Shown here piece by piece: positions 20,025 through 31,011 of a stretch of DNA of 64,000 bases; the first letter of the stretch is position 1, and each line of letters begins with the position of its first letter. Position numbers and translations under genes: made by a program. Below the pieces are notes generated by a model that saw only the letters and a program-made list of their open reading frames with translations, was not told where the DNA came from and did not search any database. The stretch comes from an uncultured Pelagibacteraceae bacterium (GTDB taxonomy: Bacteria; Pseudomonadota; Alphaproteobacteria; Pelagibacterales; Pelagibacteraceae), in NCBI GenBank assembly GCA_902590115.1, contig CACIVM010000002.1, positions 29,092-93,091 of the forward strand. The letters are read 5' to 3'.

Positions 20025-21126
20025 TTTTATGTATTGAACCCCCTGAAGTAGGTTTTAAGCAGCCAGTGGTATTCGGAAAGGAAATTGGCAATTTTTTCAA
20101 ACTTCTAATAGCTATATAAGCGAAAGCTTTAGATTCTATAAAATCTCCATTTATACCCATAGTATCCATTAAAACTATCTTTTTACTAATCTTTTTTCTT
20201 ATTCTTTCGAGTAAAAAATTATTTTTTCTACCCCCGCCACAAATAATAATATTATTAAAAGTTTTTGAATTTAAATATTTTGAAATTATCTCAGCGGTAT
20301 ATTCTGTCAATGTTGCAGCCCCGTCTTCTAACGACAAACCTCTAATAAAAGAAAAATCAAAGTCGTTTATATCAAAAGATAAATTTTTATCTATATTTTC
20401 AAAGAGTTTATAGTGCCACTGCTCGATTGCTTGTTCATATATGATTTTATTAATTTGTCCTTGATACGCTATATTTCCGTTTTCATCATATTTAAAATTT
20501 GTCTTTTTTTTAATCCATTTATCAATTAAACAATTCCCTGGACCAATATCAGAGCTATGTAAACTTTTATTTTTTTCATCTACAAGAGTTATATTTGCAA
20601 TCCCTCCTATATTTAAAATTACCGTTGATCCTAATAAATTAAATTTTTTAACTAATAATTCATGAAAAATTGGAGTTAATGGTGCACCTTGACCATTAGC
20701 TAATAAATCTTCACTTCTAAAATCATTTATAACAGTTGATTTTAAAAGCTGTGATAGAAGATTGCCATTTCCAAGTTGTAGTGAAATTTTTTCTTTAGCA
20801 TTATGATATATTGTTTGACCGTGAAAACCTATAAGATCAAATTTTTTTTTATCTTGTATATTAAATTTTTTAATACATTCTGCGTGAAAAATTGTAATGT
20901 CCCTTTCTAGATCGTCAATCTCATTTTTAAATTTGCTTATATCTTTTTTTACTAAAACCTTTTCACGTAAATCAATATATCTCTCACTTATATTATTACT
21001 ATAATCAAAATATTCATCTTTTATTTCTTGAAAAAAACTCTCTCCATCAGATTTAATAAGTGATATATCGAGACCATCTGCTGATGTACCTGTCATTAGT
21101 CCTAAAGATGTGAATACTTCACTCAT
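20017..21126 (-). CDS. anmK: Anhydro-N-acetylmuramic acid kinase
   Basis: GLMTGTS.DG.D, GFHGQT, GQGAPL.P, NIGGIAN, GPGN, CGGG, P.TTG. Confidence 0.95.
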   Translation of the reverse strand: MSEVFTSLGLMTGTSADGLDISLIKSDGESFFQEIKDEYFDYSNNISERYIDLREKVLVKKDISKFKNEIDDLERDITIFHAECIKKFNIQDKKKFDLIGFHGQTIYHNAKEKISLQLGNGNLLSQLLKSTVINDFRSEDLLANGQGAPLTPIFHELLVKKFNLLGSTVILNIGGIANITLVDEKNKSLHSSDIGPGNCLIDKWIKKKTNFKYDENGNIAYQGQINKIIYEQAIEQWHYKLFENIDKNLSFDINDFDFSFIRGLSLEDGAATLTEYTAEIISKYLNSKTFNNIIICGGGRKNNFLLERIRKKISKKIVLMDTMGINGDFIESKAFAYIAIRSLKKLPISFPNTTGCLKPTSGGSIHKIK

Positions 21127-21179
21127 AATTGTATTTATTTATAACAATTTTTGTATAATAGTAAGAAAATACATCAATT

Positions 21180-22427
21180 ATGAAACCTGGTTTTATAGAA
21201 GAATTTAATAAGAGAGGATACTTAAATCAGTGTAACGATTTAAATGCTCTTGAAAAACTGTCGAACAATCAGCAGATAAACGCATATATTGGATTTGATT
21301 GCACAGCAGATAGTTTGCATGTAGGCAGCTTATTGCAAATAATGGTATTAAAACTCCTCCAAAAATATGGTCATAAACCAATAATCTTGCTAGGGGGTGG
21401 AACTACAATGATCGGAGACCCTTCTGGAAAAGATAGCACTAGAAAAATTTTAAGTAAAAAAGAAATTAAAAAAAATATTGTTGGAATAAAAAAAAATTTT
21501 GAAAAGCTTTTAGATTTTAGGGATAAAAAAACAAAACCAATTTTTGTAGATAACTACAACTGGTTAAATAATTTAAAGTATCTAGATTTTTTAAGAGATA
21601 TCGGTAGACATTTTACAATAAATAAAATGTTAGCATTTGATAGCGTCAAATTAAGATTAGAACGCGAGCAATCACTAAGCTATATGGAGTTTAATTATAT
21701 GATACTCCAAGCTTACGATTTTTTAAAACTTAATGATAAAAAATCCTGCCATTTACAAATAGGTGGATCTGACCAATGGGGAAACATTTTAAATGGAGTA
21801 GATTTAATCAGAAGAGTTTCTAAAAAAAATGTTTTTGGATTAACTACGCCACTAATAACTCTTTCCTCTGGTGCTAAAATGGGTAAAACAGAAAAAGGTG
21901 CAGTATGGTTAAATAAGAATAAATTTTCACCTTACGATTATTGGCAGTTTTGGAGGAATACAGAGGATAAAGATGTGGTAAATTTTATGAAATTTTTCAC
22001 CCAAATTAATTTAAGGGAGATTGATGAAATAGTTAATAAAGAAAAAAATATTAATAATTTAAAACTAATTTTAGCTAATGAAGCAACAAAAATATTACAT
22101 GGAAGCAAAGCTGCCAAGGACTCTGAGAAAACTGCATCTGATACTTTTTTATTCAAAGGAGTAGGTAAAAATTTACCAGAAATTAAAATTGACAGAAAGG
22201 AGATTGAAAAAGGGATCAATATTTTAGAGCTATTAAATAAAACTAACATAATGAGTTCAAAAAGTGAGGCTAGAAGAGCTATCAAAAATAACGGAATTAA
22301 AATAAATGAGCAATTAATTAGTGACGAAAAATCTTTAGTCGATTTATCACTTTTTGTAGATAATGATTATATTAAAATATCTTTTGGTAAAAAAAAACAT
22401 TTCATAGTAAAATTTATTGAGCTTTAG
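21180..22427 (+). CDS. tyrS: Tyrosyl-tRNA synthetase
   Basis: GFDCTADSLHVG, QIGGSDQWGN, KMGKT, C-terminal S4-like domain. Confidence 0.99.
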   Translation: MKPGFIEEFNKRGYLNQCNDLNALEKLSNNQQINAYIGFDCTADSLHVGSLLQIMVLKLLQKYGHKPIILLGGGTTMIGDPSGKDSTRKILSKKEIKKNIVGIKKNFEKLLDFRDKKTKPIFVDNYNWLNNLKYLDFLRDIGRHFTINKMLAFDSVKLRLEREQSLSYMEFNYMILQAYDFLKLNDKKSCHLQIGGSDQWGNILNGVDLIRRVSKKNVFGLTTPLITLSSGAKMGKTEKGAVWLNKNKFSPYDYWQFWRNTEDKDVVNFMKFFTQINLREIDEIVNKEKNINNLKLILANEATKILHGSKAAKDSEKTASDTFLFKGVGKNLPEIKIDRKEIEKGINILELLNKTNIMSSKSEARRAIKNNGIKINEQLISDEKSLVDLSLFVDNDYIKISFGKKKHFIVKFIEL

Positions 22428-24606
22428 ATTTAGATTTTTCTAGTGCTTTTGTTATAAATCTTGGTGTCAAAGTTTTCAAAGGATTTACAGATGTTTTAGT
22501 TTGTTTAGGTAAACCTTTAATTTTAAAACTTACACCAAACAATCCTTCACCTATTTCCTTTGGTATAATAATTTTACCGACAACTGGGATCTTAGATAAA
22601 AATTTGTTTAAATTTTTAGCAGGTATCATAGTGCCCCTCAGACTAATAAGTCCACTTTTGGATTCAACGTAGCCTTCCATTAAAATAGATACACTTGAAC
22701 CAACTGCAAATAGCTCATTTAACTTTAAACCCTGATTGTCTTTAGAAAAATTAAGTTCTAGTTTATCAAAGGATAATCCTTTTCCAGACAATAAATCGAC
22801 CATTCCGCCATAATCTGCTATTGATAATAATCTTATAAACCCAGGAGCATTAATAACTTTAAAATCTTCAATTATTAACTTAGAACTTGATAAATCCTTT
22901 TCAAAGATTGAAGAAAAAAGTAATTTACCTCCAGATAAACCTTGAAAAAAATCATAATCTGCCAACAATACTTCTGGAATGTCAGAGTAAATTTCTAGGT
23001 ATTTTTTTTCGCTTTTAGAATCTTTCTTTAAAGAAATATCAATATGTTCCTTGTTATTAAAATCACCCTTGGCATTTATTTTGACAAATTTTCCTCTCTG
23101 AATTTTTCCTATTAAATTAAAATTTTCAAGTTGTTTTGAGAGTTTTGTTGTAATTTTATCGAAAGAAATTTTAACCTCTGCATTAGTATTACTAAACAAC
23201 GTATTATTATTTGAATTATTAAAAATTCTATTTAGATTTTTTGAGTCATAATTTTTTCCTTTTATAATTAAATTATTTTTAAGCGATAATTTGAAGTCAT
23301 TATTAACTTTTTCCCCATTTAATGTATATACACTTAGTTCGTCTATTGAGACTAATTTTTTTTTGCTTAATTTTAAATTTCTTACGTTTATTTTATTTGC
23401 TCCCTCTTTATAATCAATGTTTTTGAAAAAAAAATATTTTTTAAATATTTCAAATTGAATTTTTAAGTTACCAATTTTGCTAGGATTTTTATTATAATTA
23501 ATAACAGGAATATTTACACCCTCGTCTATAATAACATCTAAATTAATATTATTTTTTTTCTTACTAATTTGGTTACTTACCTTGAATTCTAAAAAATCGT
23601 TATTAATTTTATATTTTCCATTAAGATTAAGAACTTTACTTCCCTGGTTTGATTGGGAAAAATTAATATTTGTTTTGTTAAAAAAAATTTTTTTTATATT
23701 TTTATCTAATATGGAATTTTGAATTGGCTTACTTAAATCTATAAAACTATCTTTTATTAAACCATTGATTTTTAAATTATAGTCGATAATTTTAAACGTT
23801 TTATCTAAAGTTAATGTTAGTTCGTTTGTCAAATTTCCATTTAGATTAAATTTATTTGACAAGATAAAAGATGGTATTATAAGAGCATATTTTCTTGAAT
23901 TTTTTTCATCAAGATTTAAAGTATTTTTAATACTTGCGCTTAAAAAAATATTTTTATCAATCTCAAAATTTATTTTACTTTGCGAAAAAGTTATATCATT
24001 TATTTTTCCATTGATTGACTCAAATAAACCTTTATTTTTATTTAATGAAAATATAAAATCTGTATTTTCTAATTTTATTTCTTTAGTTATTTTTGTAATT
24101 AAATTTTTAACATGTCCGTCAACTTGATAATCTTTAACTTTAAAGAATTCATCAAAATTTATATCGAGCCTAGCTTTTATTTCCCCATTTTGAACATTAT
24201 TCAAAATTAAACTTTTAAAATTTGAGGGTTTCGTATTTACAATAAGCTTCTTTAATTTTTTGTATGACAAATAGTCCATATCAATATAGACATTTTTAAT
24301 AGTTAAATTATTTTTTATAATTGATTTAACCTCCACATAAGCTCTAATTTCTTTTACTGGAAATTGAATTTTATTTATAAAAATCAAAGGTTTATCTGTT
24401 GAAACAAAAATACTTAAGTTCTTAATATCGAGTTTTATAAGTATTTTATTAAAATTTAAATCGATGTTGCTATTAGTTTCAACAATTTTTTGTGAGATTA
24501 GTTTATTAAATCTTTTTGTTTCAATGCCTTTTGTGGAAAGTATAATCGTTATTATTGTAAATAAGCCAAGGAAAAGTAATAAAAAATAAATAGAAATTTT
24601 TTTCAT
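22414..24606 (-). CDS. AsmA-like/YhdP-type envelope protein
   Basis: N-terminal TM anchor, long beta-rich body, C-terminal LRGT.IPA..LN...SKIP.VG.....GEGLFG..F.IKG....SVNPL..LTP typical of alphaproteobacterial AsmA-like proteins next to tyrS. Confidence 0.75.
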   Translation of the reverse strand: MKKISIYFLLLFLGLFTIITIILSTKGIETKRFNKLISQKIVETNSNIDLNFNKILIKLDIKNLSIFVSTDKPLIFINKIQFPVKEIRAYVEVKSIIKNNLTIKNVYIDMDYLSYKKLKKLIVNTKPSNFKSLILNNVQNGEIKARLDINFDEFFKVKDYQVDGHVKNLITKITKEIKLENTDFIFSLNKNKGLFESINGKINDITFSQSKINFEIDKNIFLSASIKNTLNLDEKNSRKYALIIPSFILSNKFNLNGNLTNELTLTLDKTFKIIDYNLKINGLIKDSFIDLSKPIQNSILDKNIKKIFFNKTNINFSQSNQGSKVLNLNGKYKINNDFLEFKVSNQISKKKNNINLDVIIDEGVNIPVINYNKNPSKIGNLKIQFEIFKKYFFFKNIDYKEGANKINVRNLKLSKKKLVSIDELSVYTLNGEKVNNDFKLSLKNNLIIKGKNYDSKNLNRIFNNSNNNTLFSNTNAEVKISFDKITTKLSKQLENFNLIGKIQRGKFVKINAKGDFNNKEHIDISLKKDSKSEKKYLEIYSDIPEVLLADYDFFQGLSGGKLLFSSIFEKDLSSSKLIIEDFKVINAPGFIRLLSIADYGGMVDLLSGKGLSFDKLELNFSKDNQGLKLNELFAVGSSVSILMEGYVESKSGLISLRGTMIPAKNLNKFLSKIPVVGKIIIPKEIGEGLFGVSFKIKGLPKQTKTSVNPLKTLTPRFITKALEKSKSKAQ

Positions 24607-25696
24607 CTATCTGCTTATTATCCCACCTTCTATAAATTCATCAATATTGCCATTTAAAACAGAGTCAGGATTTGTATTTTCAATTTTATTTCTTAAATCT
24701 TTAACAAGTTGATATGGCTGAAGAACATAAGACCTTATTTGATGGCCCCAGCCTATGTCAGTTTTAGATTTAACTTCTTTCTGAGACTCTGCTTCTTTTT
24801 TTTGAATTTGATACTCATACAGTCTTGCCTTTAACATTCTGTAACAAGTTTCTTTATTTTTATGCTGAGATCTTTCATTTTGACATTGAACAACAATTTT
24901 GGTCGGCAAGTGAGTAATTCTTACAGCGCTGTCAGTGGTATTTACATGTTGTCCACCAGCACCACTAGATCTATAGGTATCAATTCTTAAATCTTTATCA
25001 TCAATATTTATTTCAATGTCATCTTCTATTGCTGGATACACCCAAACACTTGCAAAACTTGTATGTCTTCTTGCACCACTGTCAAAAGGTGAAATTCTAA
25101 CCAGTCTGTGAACACCAGATTCACTTTTCATCATACCATAGAGATAATTTCCAGTGATTTTTAAAGTTGAGGATTTTATACCAGCCTCTTCACCTTTATG
25201 TTCACTAATTATCTCATAAGAAAATTTTTTTTTATCAAACCATTTTAGATACATGCGTCTCAGCATTTCAGCCCAATCCTGACTCTCAGTTCCACCAGCA
25301 CCTGCGTGTATTTCTAAGTATATATCAAGACTGTCGTTCTCACCTGATAAGAAGCATCTAATTTCAGTTTTTTTAAGATTAAAATATATTTGATTAATTT
25401 TTTCTTCACAATCATTTACGACTTCTGCATCTTTTTCCTTTAAACCTAAATTATGCAGATCTTTTAAATTATATATTTCATTTTTCGAATTTATAAAAGA
25501 ATTATAAATTTCTTCGAAGTATTTTTTTTCTTTTATTATCTTTTTTGCTTTTATGTTATCTTTCCAAAAAGAATCTTCTTGAACAACTTTTGCCAGTGAG
25601 TTGATTTTTTTCTGTATCTCGTTTTTATCAAAGATACCCCCTAATATTTTCAAGGGTCTTTTGGCACTCAATATCTTTCTTCTCAAAATTGCTCAT
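24607..25696 (-). CDS. prfB: Peptide chain release factor 2, translated through a programmed +1 frameshift
   Basis: ATG at 25696 gives MSNFEKKDIECQKTLENIRGYL, then in-frame TGA (25630-25628). The +1 frame continues DKNEIQ... with SPF and GGQ motifs. Confidence 0.97.
25627..25642 (-). promoter_or_regulatory. prfB +1 frameshift cassette (internal SD + CTT TGA)
   Basis: Minus strand AGG GGG TAT CTT TGA T. Confidence 0.95.
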
Positions 25697-25698
25697 TT

Positions 25699-28041
25699 TT
25701 AATATAATTTTCTGAACTTATCGTTTTTATCATAATAGGTATTAAATTTTAATTTTTTATTTTCTCTGCTGTTTATATCTTTAAACTTAAATGCCTCTAT
25801 TATGTTTTTTCGATTATTTAAATCACCTTTTTTACCCGTATTGTAGTCTATTGGTGAGAAATAGATATTTTTTGGAATATTAAACTCTTTAAAATCCTCT
25901 TTGTATAGCGAGTTTCTAATAAAACTTTTAAATATTGGAAGAGCTACTTTTGATCCTGTTTCGTATTTACCTAAAGTTTTAGGATTGTCATAACCAATAT
26001 ACACTCCTACAACCAAGTCTGAGCTATAACCTATAAACCAAGCATCAAAATTATTATTTGTCGTTCCTGTTTTTCCAGCTAGAGGTACTTTAAGGTCTCT
26101 TAATTTTTTTCCAGTGCCTCTATCAATCACACCTTCTAAAATTGATGTCATTTGATATGCCGTCTCTTCAGAAAATATTTTTTCTCCATCAAATTTAACT
26201 CGTGGGAGCTTTTTATCATTAGAAATAATCTTACAGCCCTCACACTTACCTATTTTTGACGTGAAAATTGTATTACCTCTCCTATCTTGAATTTTATTTA
26301 TTAGAACTGGTTTAATTATTTTTCCACCATTAACAAAAGAAGCATACCCACTTGTAATATTTATTAGAGTTGTTTCAGCCGAGCCGAGTGAAACTGATAA
26401 AAGTTCAGGAATATCCTCATAGATTCCGAGTTTATCAGATAATTTTAAAACATTCTGAAGACCTAAACTCTCTGCTACTCTAACTGTCATTAAATTTCTT
26501 GAATGCTCAACTCCTTTTCTAAGAGTGGAAGGTCCGTAAAATTTTTTTCCATAATTTTCAGGTTTCCAATTTTTAAGGCCTGGCCCTTGTTCTGAAATAT
26601 AAGGAGCGTCCAAAATTATCGAATTAGGCGCATAACCGTTTTCAAGAGCTACAGCGTAAACAAAAGGTTTAAACGCTGATCCTGGTTGTCTTTTAGCCTG
26701 TGTGACTCTATTAAACTCACTTGTCTTAAAACTAAAACCTCCAACGAGAGCTTTGACTTCGCCAGAGTAAGGGTTAATTGCTACTATACCTCCATTTACC
26801 TCAGGATATTGCTTTAAGCTCCATCTTCCATTTATTTTTTTTATGTATATAAAATCTCCTGAGGAAAAAATTTCATTTATATTTTTATCCTTAATAGCCC
26901 ATTTTAAATCTTTTTTTACAATAATACCTTTCTGTTTTCCTATTGTTAAAATTTCAATATTCTCTTCATTTACTTTTTTAACTTCAGCTATTTTCCATTC
27001 TAATGTTGGATCCAGTCTAATGCTACTTACTTCATTTTCCCAATTTGTTGATGAGAATTTATTAGTTATGGGTCCCCTCCAGCCTTTTCTTTTATCATAA
27101 GCTTCTATTCCAGAGCGAAGAGAATTTAATGCGTTAATTTGATAATTTATATCTAGTGGAGTTTTTATATAGAGACCGTCCTCATAAAGTTTTTTAAAAC
27201 CATAAGTATCTTTAATTTCTCTTCTTACCTCTTCTGAGAAAGAATTAGCCTCATTAAATATTTTAATTTTTCTTTTTTTTAATTTAATAGGTTTTGCAAT
27301 AAAATCTTTTAGTTCTTCCTTAGATATAAAATCATTTTGTTTTAGGTTTTTAAGCACTAAGTTCCGCCTAAACTTAGCTTGTTCAGGATATCTAAAAGGA
27401 TTATATCTACTTGGAGCTTTTGGTAATGCAGCCAACATTGCTGACTCCATGTAATTTAAATCTTTTACAGACTTATCAAAATACTCCAAACTTGCTGCTG
27501 CAACACCATAAGTGCCCTCACCAAGATAAATCTGATTTAAGTAAAGTTCTAAGATTCTCTGTTTTGAATAAGCTCTTTCTATTCGGAAAGCTAAAATTGC
27601 CTCTTTAATTTTTCTTTTTAATGAAACCTCATTAGTTAAAAGAAAATTTTTAGCTACTTGTTGAGTAATTGTCGAAGCGCCCTCTAAACGCCTATCTTGT
27701 AATATATTATTTATATTATTTATAAACGCCCTTAATACTCCTTTGGCATCTACACCTGGATGACTAAAGAAATTTTTATCTTCTGCAGACAAAAATGAGT
27801 TAATAACTCTCTCAGGTATTTCCTCATAGGGTATAAATAGTCTTTTTTCAATTGCATATTCTGCCATCAAGCTTCCATCATTAGAATATACCCTACTTGA
27901 TATAGGTGGTTCGTAATTTGAAAGTTTTTTATAATCGGGTAAACCTGAGGAAAAATACCACAGAGCAGAGAAAATAATAAAGCTAAATATAATTAAAAAA
28001 CTAAGTAATATCTTTATTGAAAAATTAAAATATTTGTTCAT
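25699..28041 (-). CDS. mrcA: Penicillin-binding protein 1A (class A transglycosylase/transpeptidase)
   Basis: AEDKNF..H.G.D, GASTITQQ, RK.KE, SAFK (SxxK), SRN, KTG. Confidence 0.95.
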   Translation of the reverse strand: MNKYFNFSIKILLSFLIIFSFIIFSALWYFSSGLPDYKKLSNYEPPISSRVYSNDGSLMAEYAIEKRLFIPYEEIPERVINSFLSAEDKNFFSHPGVDAKGVLRAFINNINNILQDRRLEGASTITQQVAKNFLLTNEVSLKRKIKEAILAFRIERAYSKQRILELYLNQIYLGEGTYGVAAASLEYFDKSVKDLNYMESAMLAALPKAPSRYNPFRYPEQAKFRRNLVLKNLKQNDFISKEELKDFIAKPIKLKKRKIKIFNEANSFSEEVRREIKDTYGFKKLYEDGLYIKTPLDINYQINALNSLRSGIEAYDKRKGWRGPITNKFSSTNWENEVSSIRLDPTLEWKIAEVKKVNEENIEILTIGKQKGIIVKKDLKWAIKDKNINEIFSSGDFIYIKKINGRWSLKQYPEVNGGIVAINPYSGEVKALVGGFSFKTSEFNRVTQAKRQPGSAFKPFVYAVALENGYAPNSIILDAPYISEQGPGLKNWKPENYGKKFYGPSTLRKGVEHSRNLMTVRVAESLGLQNVLKLSDKLGIYEDIPELLSVSLGSAETTLINITSGYASFVNGGKIIKPVLINKIQDRRGNTIFTSKIGKCEGCKIISNDKKLPRVKFDGEKIFSEETAYQMTSILEGVIDRGTGKKLRDLKVPLAGKTGTTNNNFDAWFIGYSSDLVVGVYIGYDNPKTLGKYETGSKVALPIFKSFIRNSLYKEDFKEFNIPKNIYFSPIDYNTGKKGDLNNRKNIIEAFKFKDINSRENKKLKFNTYYDKNDKFRKLY

Positions 28042-28186
28042 TTAAAAAAAATAATCTTCAAAATTGGCTATCTTAAGGCATATATTTATCATGATAATTG
28101 ATGCATTTTAATAAAATTTAAGTATAATTTGATATTATGAATAAATCACAAAATTCAATTAACATTTTAAAAGGAATTCAAATTAC

Positions 28187-30004
28187 ATGCAAAAAAATTT
28201 ATATATTGATGCATCGCATCCAAGTGAAACTCGTATTGTTCTCAAATCAAATACTTCAATCGAAGAATATGAATACGAAAATAAAAATAAGCTAAATTTT
28301 AAAAATAATATCTACTTAGGTGTAGTAAGTAGGGTTGAGCCATCATTGCAAGCTGCTTTTGTAAATTTTGGCAGGGTTAAACACGGTTTTTTAGCATTTA
28401 ATGATATTCAGTCCGATTATTACCAAATTCCTACTGAAGATAAAGAGGCGATTAAAAATGCAGAAACAAAAATAAGAGAAGATTTAAAAAAAAGCAATGA
28501 AGATGAAAGTTCAATTTCTTCAGAAAATAGTCAAAAAGAGAGTGTTAATCAAGATCAGGAAAATAAAAATATAAGTTCAGACAAAGAAAAAAATGAGCAA
28601 ACTTCTACCTTAAGAGAAAAGTTAAGAAATTCATACGGGCTAAAAAGATATAAAATTCAAGAGGTGATAAAACCTGGTCAAATAATTTTAATTCAAGTTT
28701 TAAAAGAAGAACGTGGTCAAAAAGGTGCTGCTATTACAACTTTTATTTCTTTGGCTGGTAAATATATGGTTTTAATGCCAAATACTCCAAAGGGAGGGGG
28801 TATTTCAAGGAAAATATTTAATTCATCTGACAGACAAAAAATTAGAAAAATTTTAAACGAAATTGATATTCCTAGTAATATGGGTGTCATAGTAAGAACT
28901 GCTGGAGCAAATAAAACTAAAAATGAAATAGAAAAAGATTTTCAAAATACTTTAAATACTTGGGAGGAAATAAGAGAAAGAGCGGTTAACTCTGATGCAC
29001 CATCTTTAGTTTATGAGGAAGGTGACATAATAAAAAGAGCTCTAAGGGACATTTATGACAATGAGACTACTAACATCCATGTAGATGGAAATGAGGGTTA
29101 TCAGAAAGCCAAGAAGTTCATGAAAGAACTTATGCCAAAAAATGTTAAATATATAAAGAAATATAGAGGAAAAATTCCTCTTTTCCATGAAACAGGTATA
29201 GAGAAGGAATTAAATAAAATTTTTGAACCTATTGTTAAACTAAAATCTGGGGCTTATTTAGTCATTAATCAAACAGAGGCATTGGTTGCAATAGATATTA
29301 ACTCTGGTCAATCTACAAAGCAAATTAACATCGAAAAAACTGCACTCAATACTAATTTAGAAGCAGCCGAGGAAATTGCAAGACAAATAAAATTAAGAGA
29401 TTTGTCAGGACTAATAGTAATTGATTTTATTGATATGATTAACTTTTATAATAAAAGATCAGTTGAAAAAAAATTAAGAGAAAGTATTAGAAGAGATAGA
29501 GCGAGAATACAAGTTGGTAGAATAAGTAATTTTGGTTTACTAGAAATGACAAGACAAAGGCTTCGTGAAAGTTCCATTAAATGGGAAACAAATCTATCAA
29601 TAGAATCTTTTTCCCTTAAAATGACAAAAAAAATGGAGATGCTTTCTTTTACTGATAAAGTAAAAATAGTAAAAGGGTATTTGCCTGAGAGAGTAAAAAG
29701 TTTTATTGAAAATAAATTAGATAAAGAAATAAAATATTTTACAAAAAAGTATGGATGCAAAATAGAAATTATAGGTATGTCGGAATATCTGATTCCTGAT
29801 TATAAAATTGAATTATTAAGCAAAAACAAAAAGGTTTTGAACTTAATTGGTAATATTGATGCAGAAATAACTAAAAAAGATAAAAAAGGACTAATCAAAA
29901 AAATTGAGAAATCAGATGACAAAAATAAAAAAAAGAAATTAAAAAAAGGATCTAAAATAGATAAACCGAGAACTCTTTGGGTAAGAAAAAAAAAAGCAAG
30001 TTAA
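28187..30004 (+). CDS. rne: Ribonuclease E (short form, Zn-link missing)
   Basis: [12 protein letters not shown]1 domain with an acidic insertion, KEERG.KGA, AIDINSG and VIDFIDM catalytic Asp motifs, LEMTRQR. Confidence 0.93.
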   Translation: MQKNLYIDASHPSETRIVLKSNTSIEEYEYENKNKLNFKNNIYLGVVSRVEPSLQAAFVNFGRVKHGFLAFNDIQSDYYQIPTEDKEAIKNAETKIREDLKKSNEDESSISSENSQKESVNQDQENKNISSDKEKNEQTSTLREKLRNSYGLKRYKIQEVIKPGQIILIQVLKEERGQKGAAITTFISLAGKYMVLMPNTPKGGGISRKIFNSSDRQKIRKILNEIDIPSNMGVIVRTAGANKTKNEIEKDFQNTLNTWEEIRERAVNSDAPSLVYEEGDIIKRALRDIYDNETTNIHVDGNEGYQKAKKFMKELMPKNVKYIKKYRGKIPLFHETGIEKELNKIFEPIVKLKSGAYLVINQTEALVAIDINSGQSTKQINIEKTALNTNLEAAEEIARQIKLRDLSGLIVIDFIDMINFYNKRSVEKKLRESIRRDRARIQVGRISNFGLLEMTRQRLRESSIKWETNLSIESFSLKMTKKMEMLSFTDKVKIVKGYLPERVKSFIENKLDKEIKYFTKKYGCKIEIIGMSEYLIPDYKIELLSKNKKVLNLIGNIDAEITKKDKKGLIKKIEKSDDKNKKKKLKKGSKIDKPRTLWVRKKKAS

Positions 30005-30774
30005 ATTAAATTTTTAAAGGATGAGCTTGGGTTACCAATAATGCTTTTTTTCATTCTTACTGCAAGAAAAGATTGTCTTCCTGAGATAACGGCATTTTTA
30101 AAAGACTCTGCCATTAGTATAGGTTTTTTAGATTGTGCTATAGCGCTATTAATTAAAACTCCATCACAACCCATCTCCATAGCAATAGTAGCATCTGAGG
30201 CTGTACCTATTCCTGCATCAACAATGACAGGTAGTTTGGTATTTTTTATAATCATAGAAATATTTAATTTATTTTGAATACCTAAACCTGAACCAATAGG
30301 AGATGCCAGAGGCATTATTGCTGAGGCACCATTGTCTTCAAGTATCTTTGCTTGAATAGGATCATCAGTGCAATAAACCATAACTTTAAAACCTTCTCTA
30401 ACCAAAATTTTTGTAGATTTTATGGTTTCTATCATATTAGGATATAATGTTTTTCTATCACCAAGCACTTCAAGCTTCACTAATTTCCATCCTCCTATTT
30501 CTCTGGCAAGCCTCAAAGTTCTTAATGCCTCATTAGAATTATAACATCCAGCGGTATTTGGAAGATATTTATATTTTTTCGGACTTACAAAGTCCATCAG
30601 GAGAGGTTTTTTTTTGTCCTGTATATTTACACGCCTCACAGCTACGGTAACCATGTCTGCGCCTGAAGCTTTAATTGCTTCAGCAGTTTCTCTTAGGTTT
30701 TTATATTTGCCAGTTCCTACAATTAATCGAGAATTGATTTTTATATTAGCAACTTTAAAAAAATCTTTTTTCAT
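30001..30774 (-). CDS. thiG: Thiazole synthase
   Basis: [36 protein letters not shown]. Confidence 0.98.
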   Translation of the reverse strand: MKKDFFKVANIKINSRLIVGTGKYKNLRETAEAIKASGADMVTVAVRRVNIQDKKKPLLMDFVSPKKYKYLPNTAGCYNSNEALRTLRLAREIGGWKLVKLEVLGDRKTLYPNMIETIKSTKILVREGFKVMVYCTDDPIQAKILEDNGASAIMPLASPIGSGLGIQNKLNISMIIKNTKLPVIVDAGIGTASDATIAMEMGCDGVLINSAIAQSKKPILMAESFKNAVISGRQSFLAVRMKKSIIGNPSSSFKNLI

Positions 30775-30978
30775 CTATCCTCCCCCAATAAATTGTACAA
30801 CTTCTAATTTATCTTTATTTTTAAGTAATCTTTTTTTAAATTTCATTTTTGGTAAAATCTTTCCATTTAATTCTATAGCCACTTTCAAATAATCTATTTT
30901 ATATTTAACCAGTAAATTTAAGACTGATGTTTTGTTTTCTAAGGTTATTTTCTTACCATTTAATTGTATTTTTGCCAT
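30775..30978 (-). CDS. thiS: Sulfur carrier protein ThiS
   Basis: 67 aa ubiquitin-like protein ending FIGGG, immediately upstream of thiG. Confidence 0.96.
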   Translation of the reverse strand: MAKIQLNGKKITLENKTSVLNLLVKYKIDYLKVAIELNGKILPKMKFKKRLLKNKDKLEVVQFIGGG

Positions 30979-31011
30979 AATTAAGATATTTAATTATCTT
31001 ATATCAGATTC

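Noticed and set aside
25628-25696. prfB as a pseudogene or sequencing error
   Set aside because: The break falls exactly on the canonical SD-CTT-TGA frameshift cassette.
30979-31011. TPP riboswitch upstream of thiSG
   Set aside because: The spacer is only 33 bp and lacks the conserved CTGAGA core.
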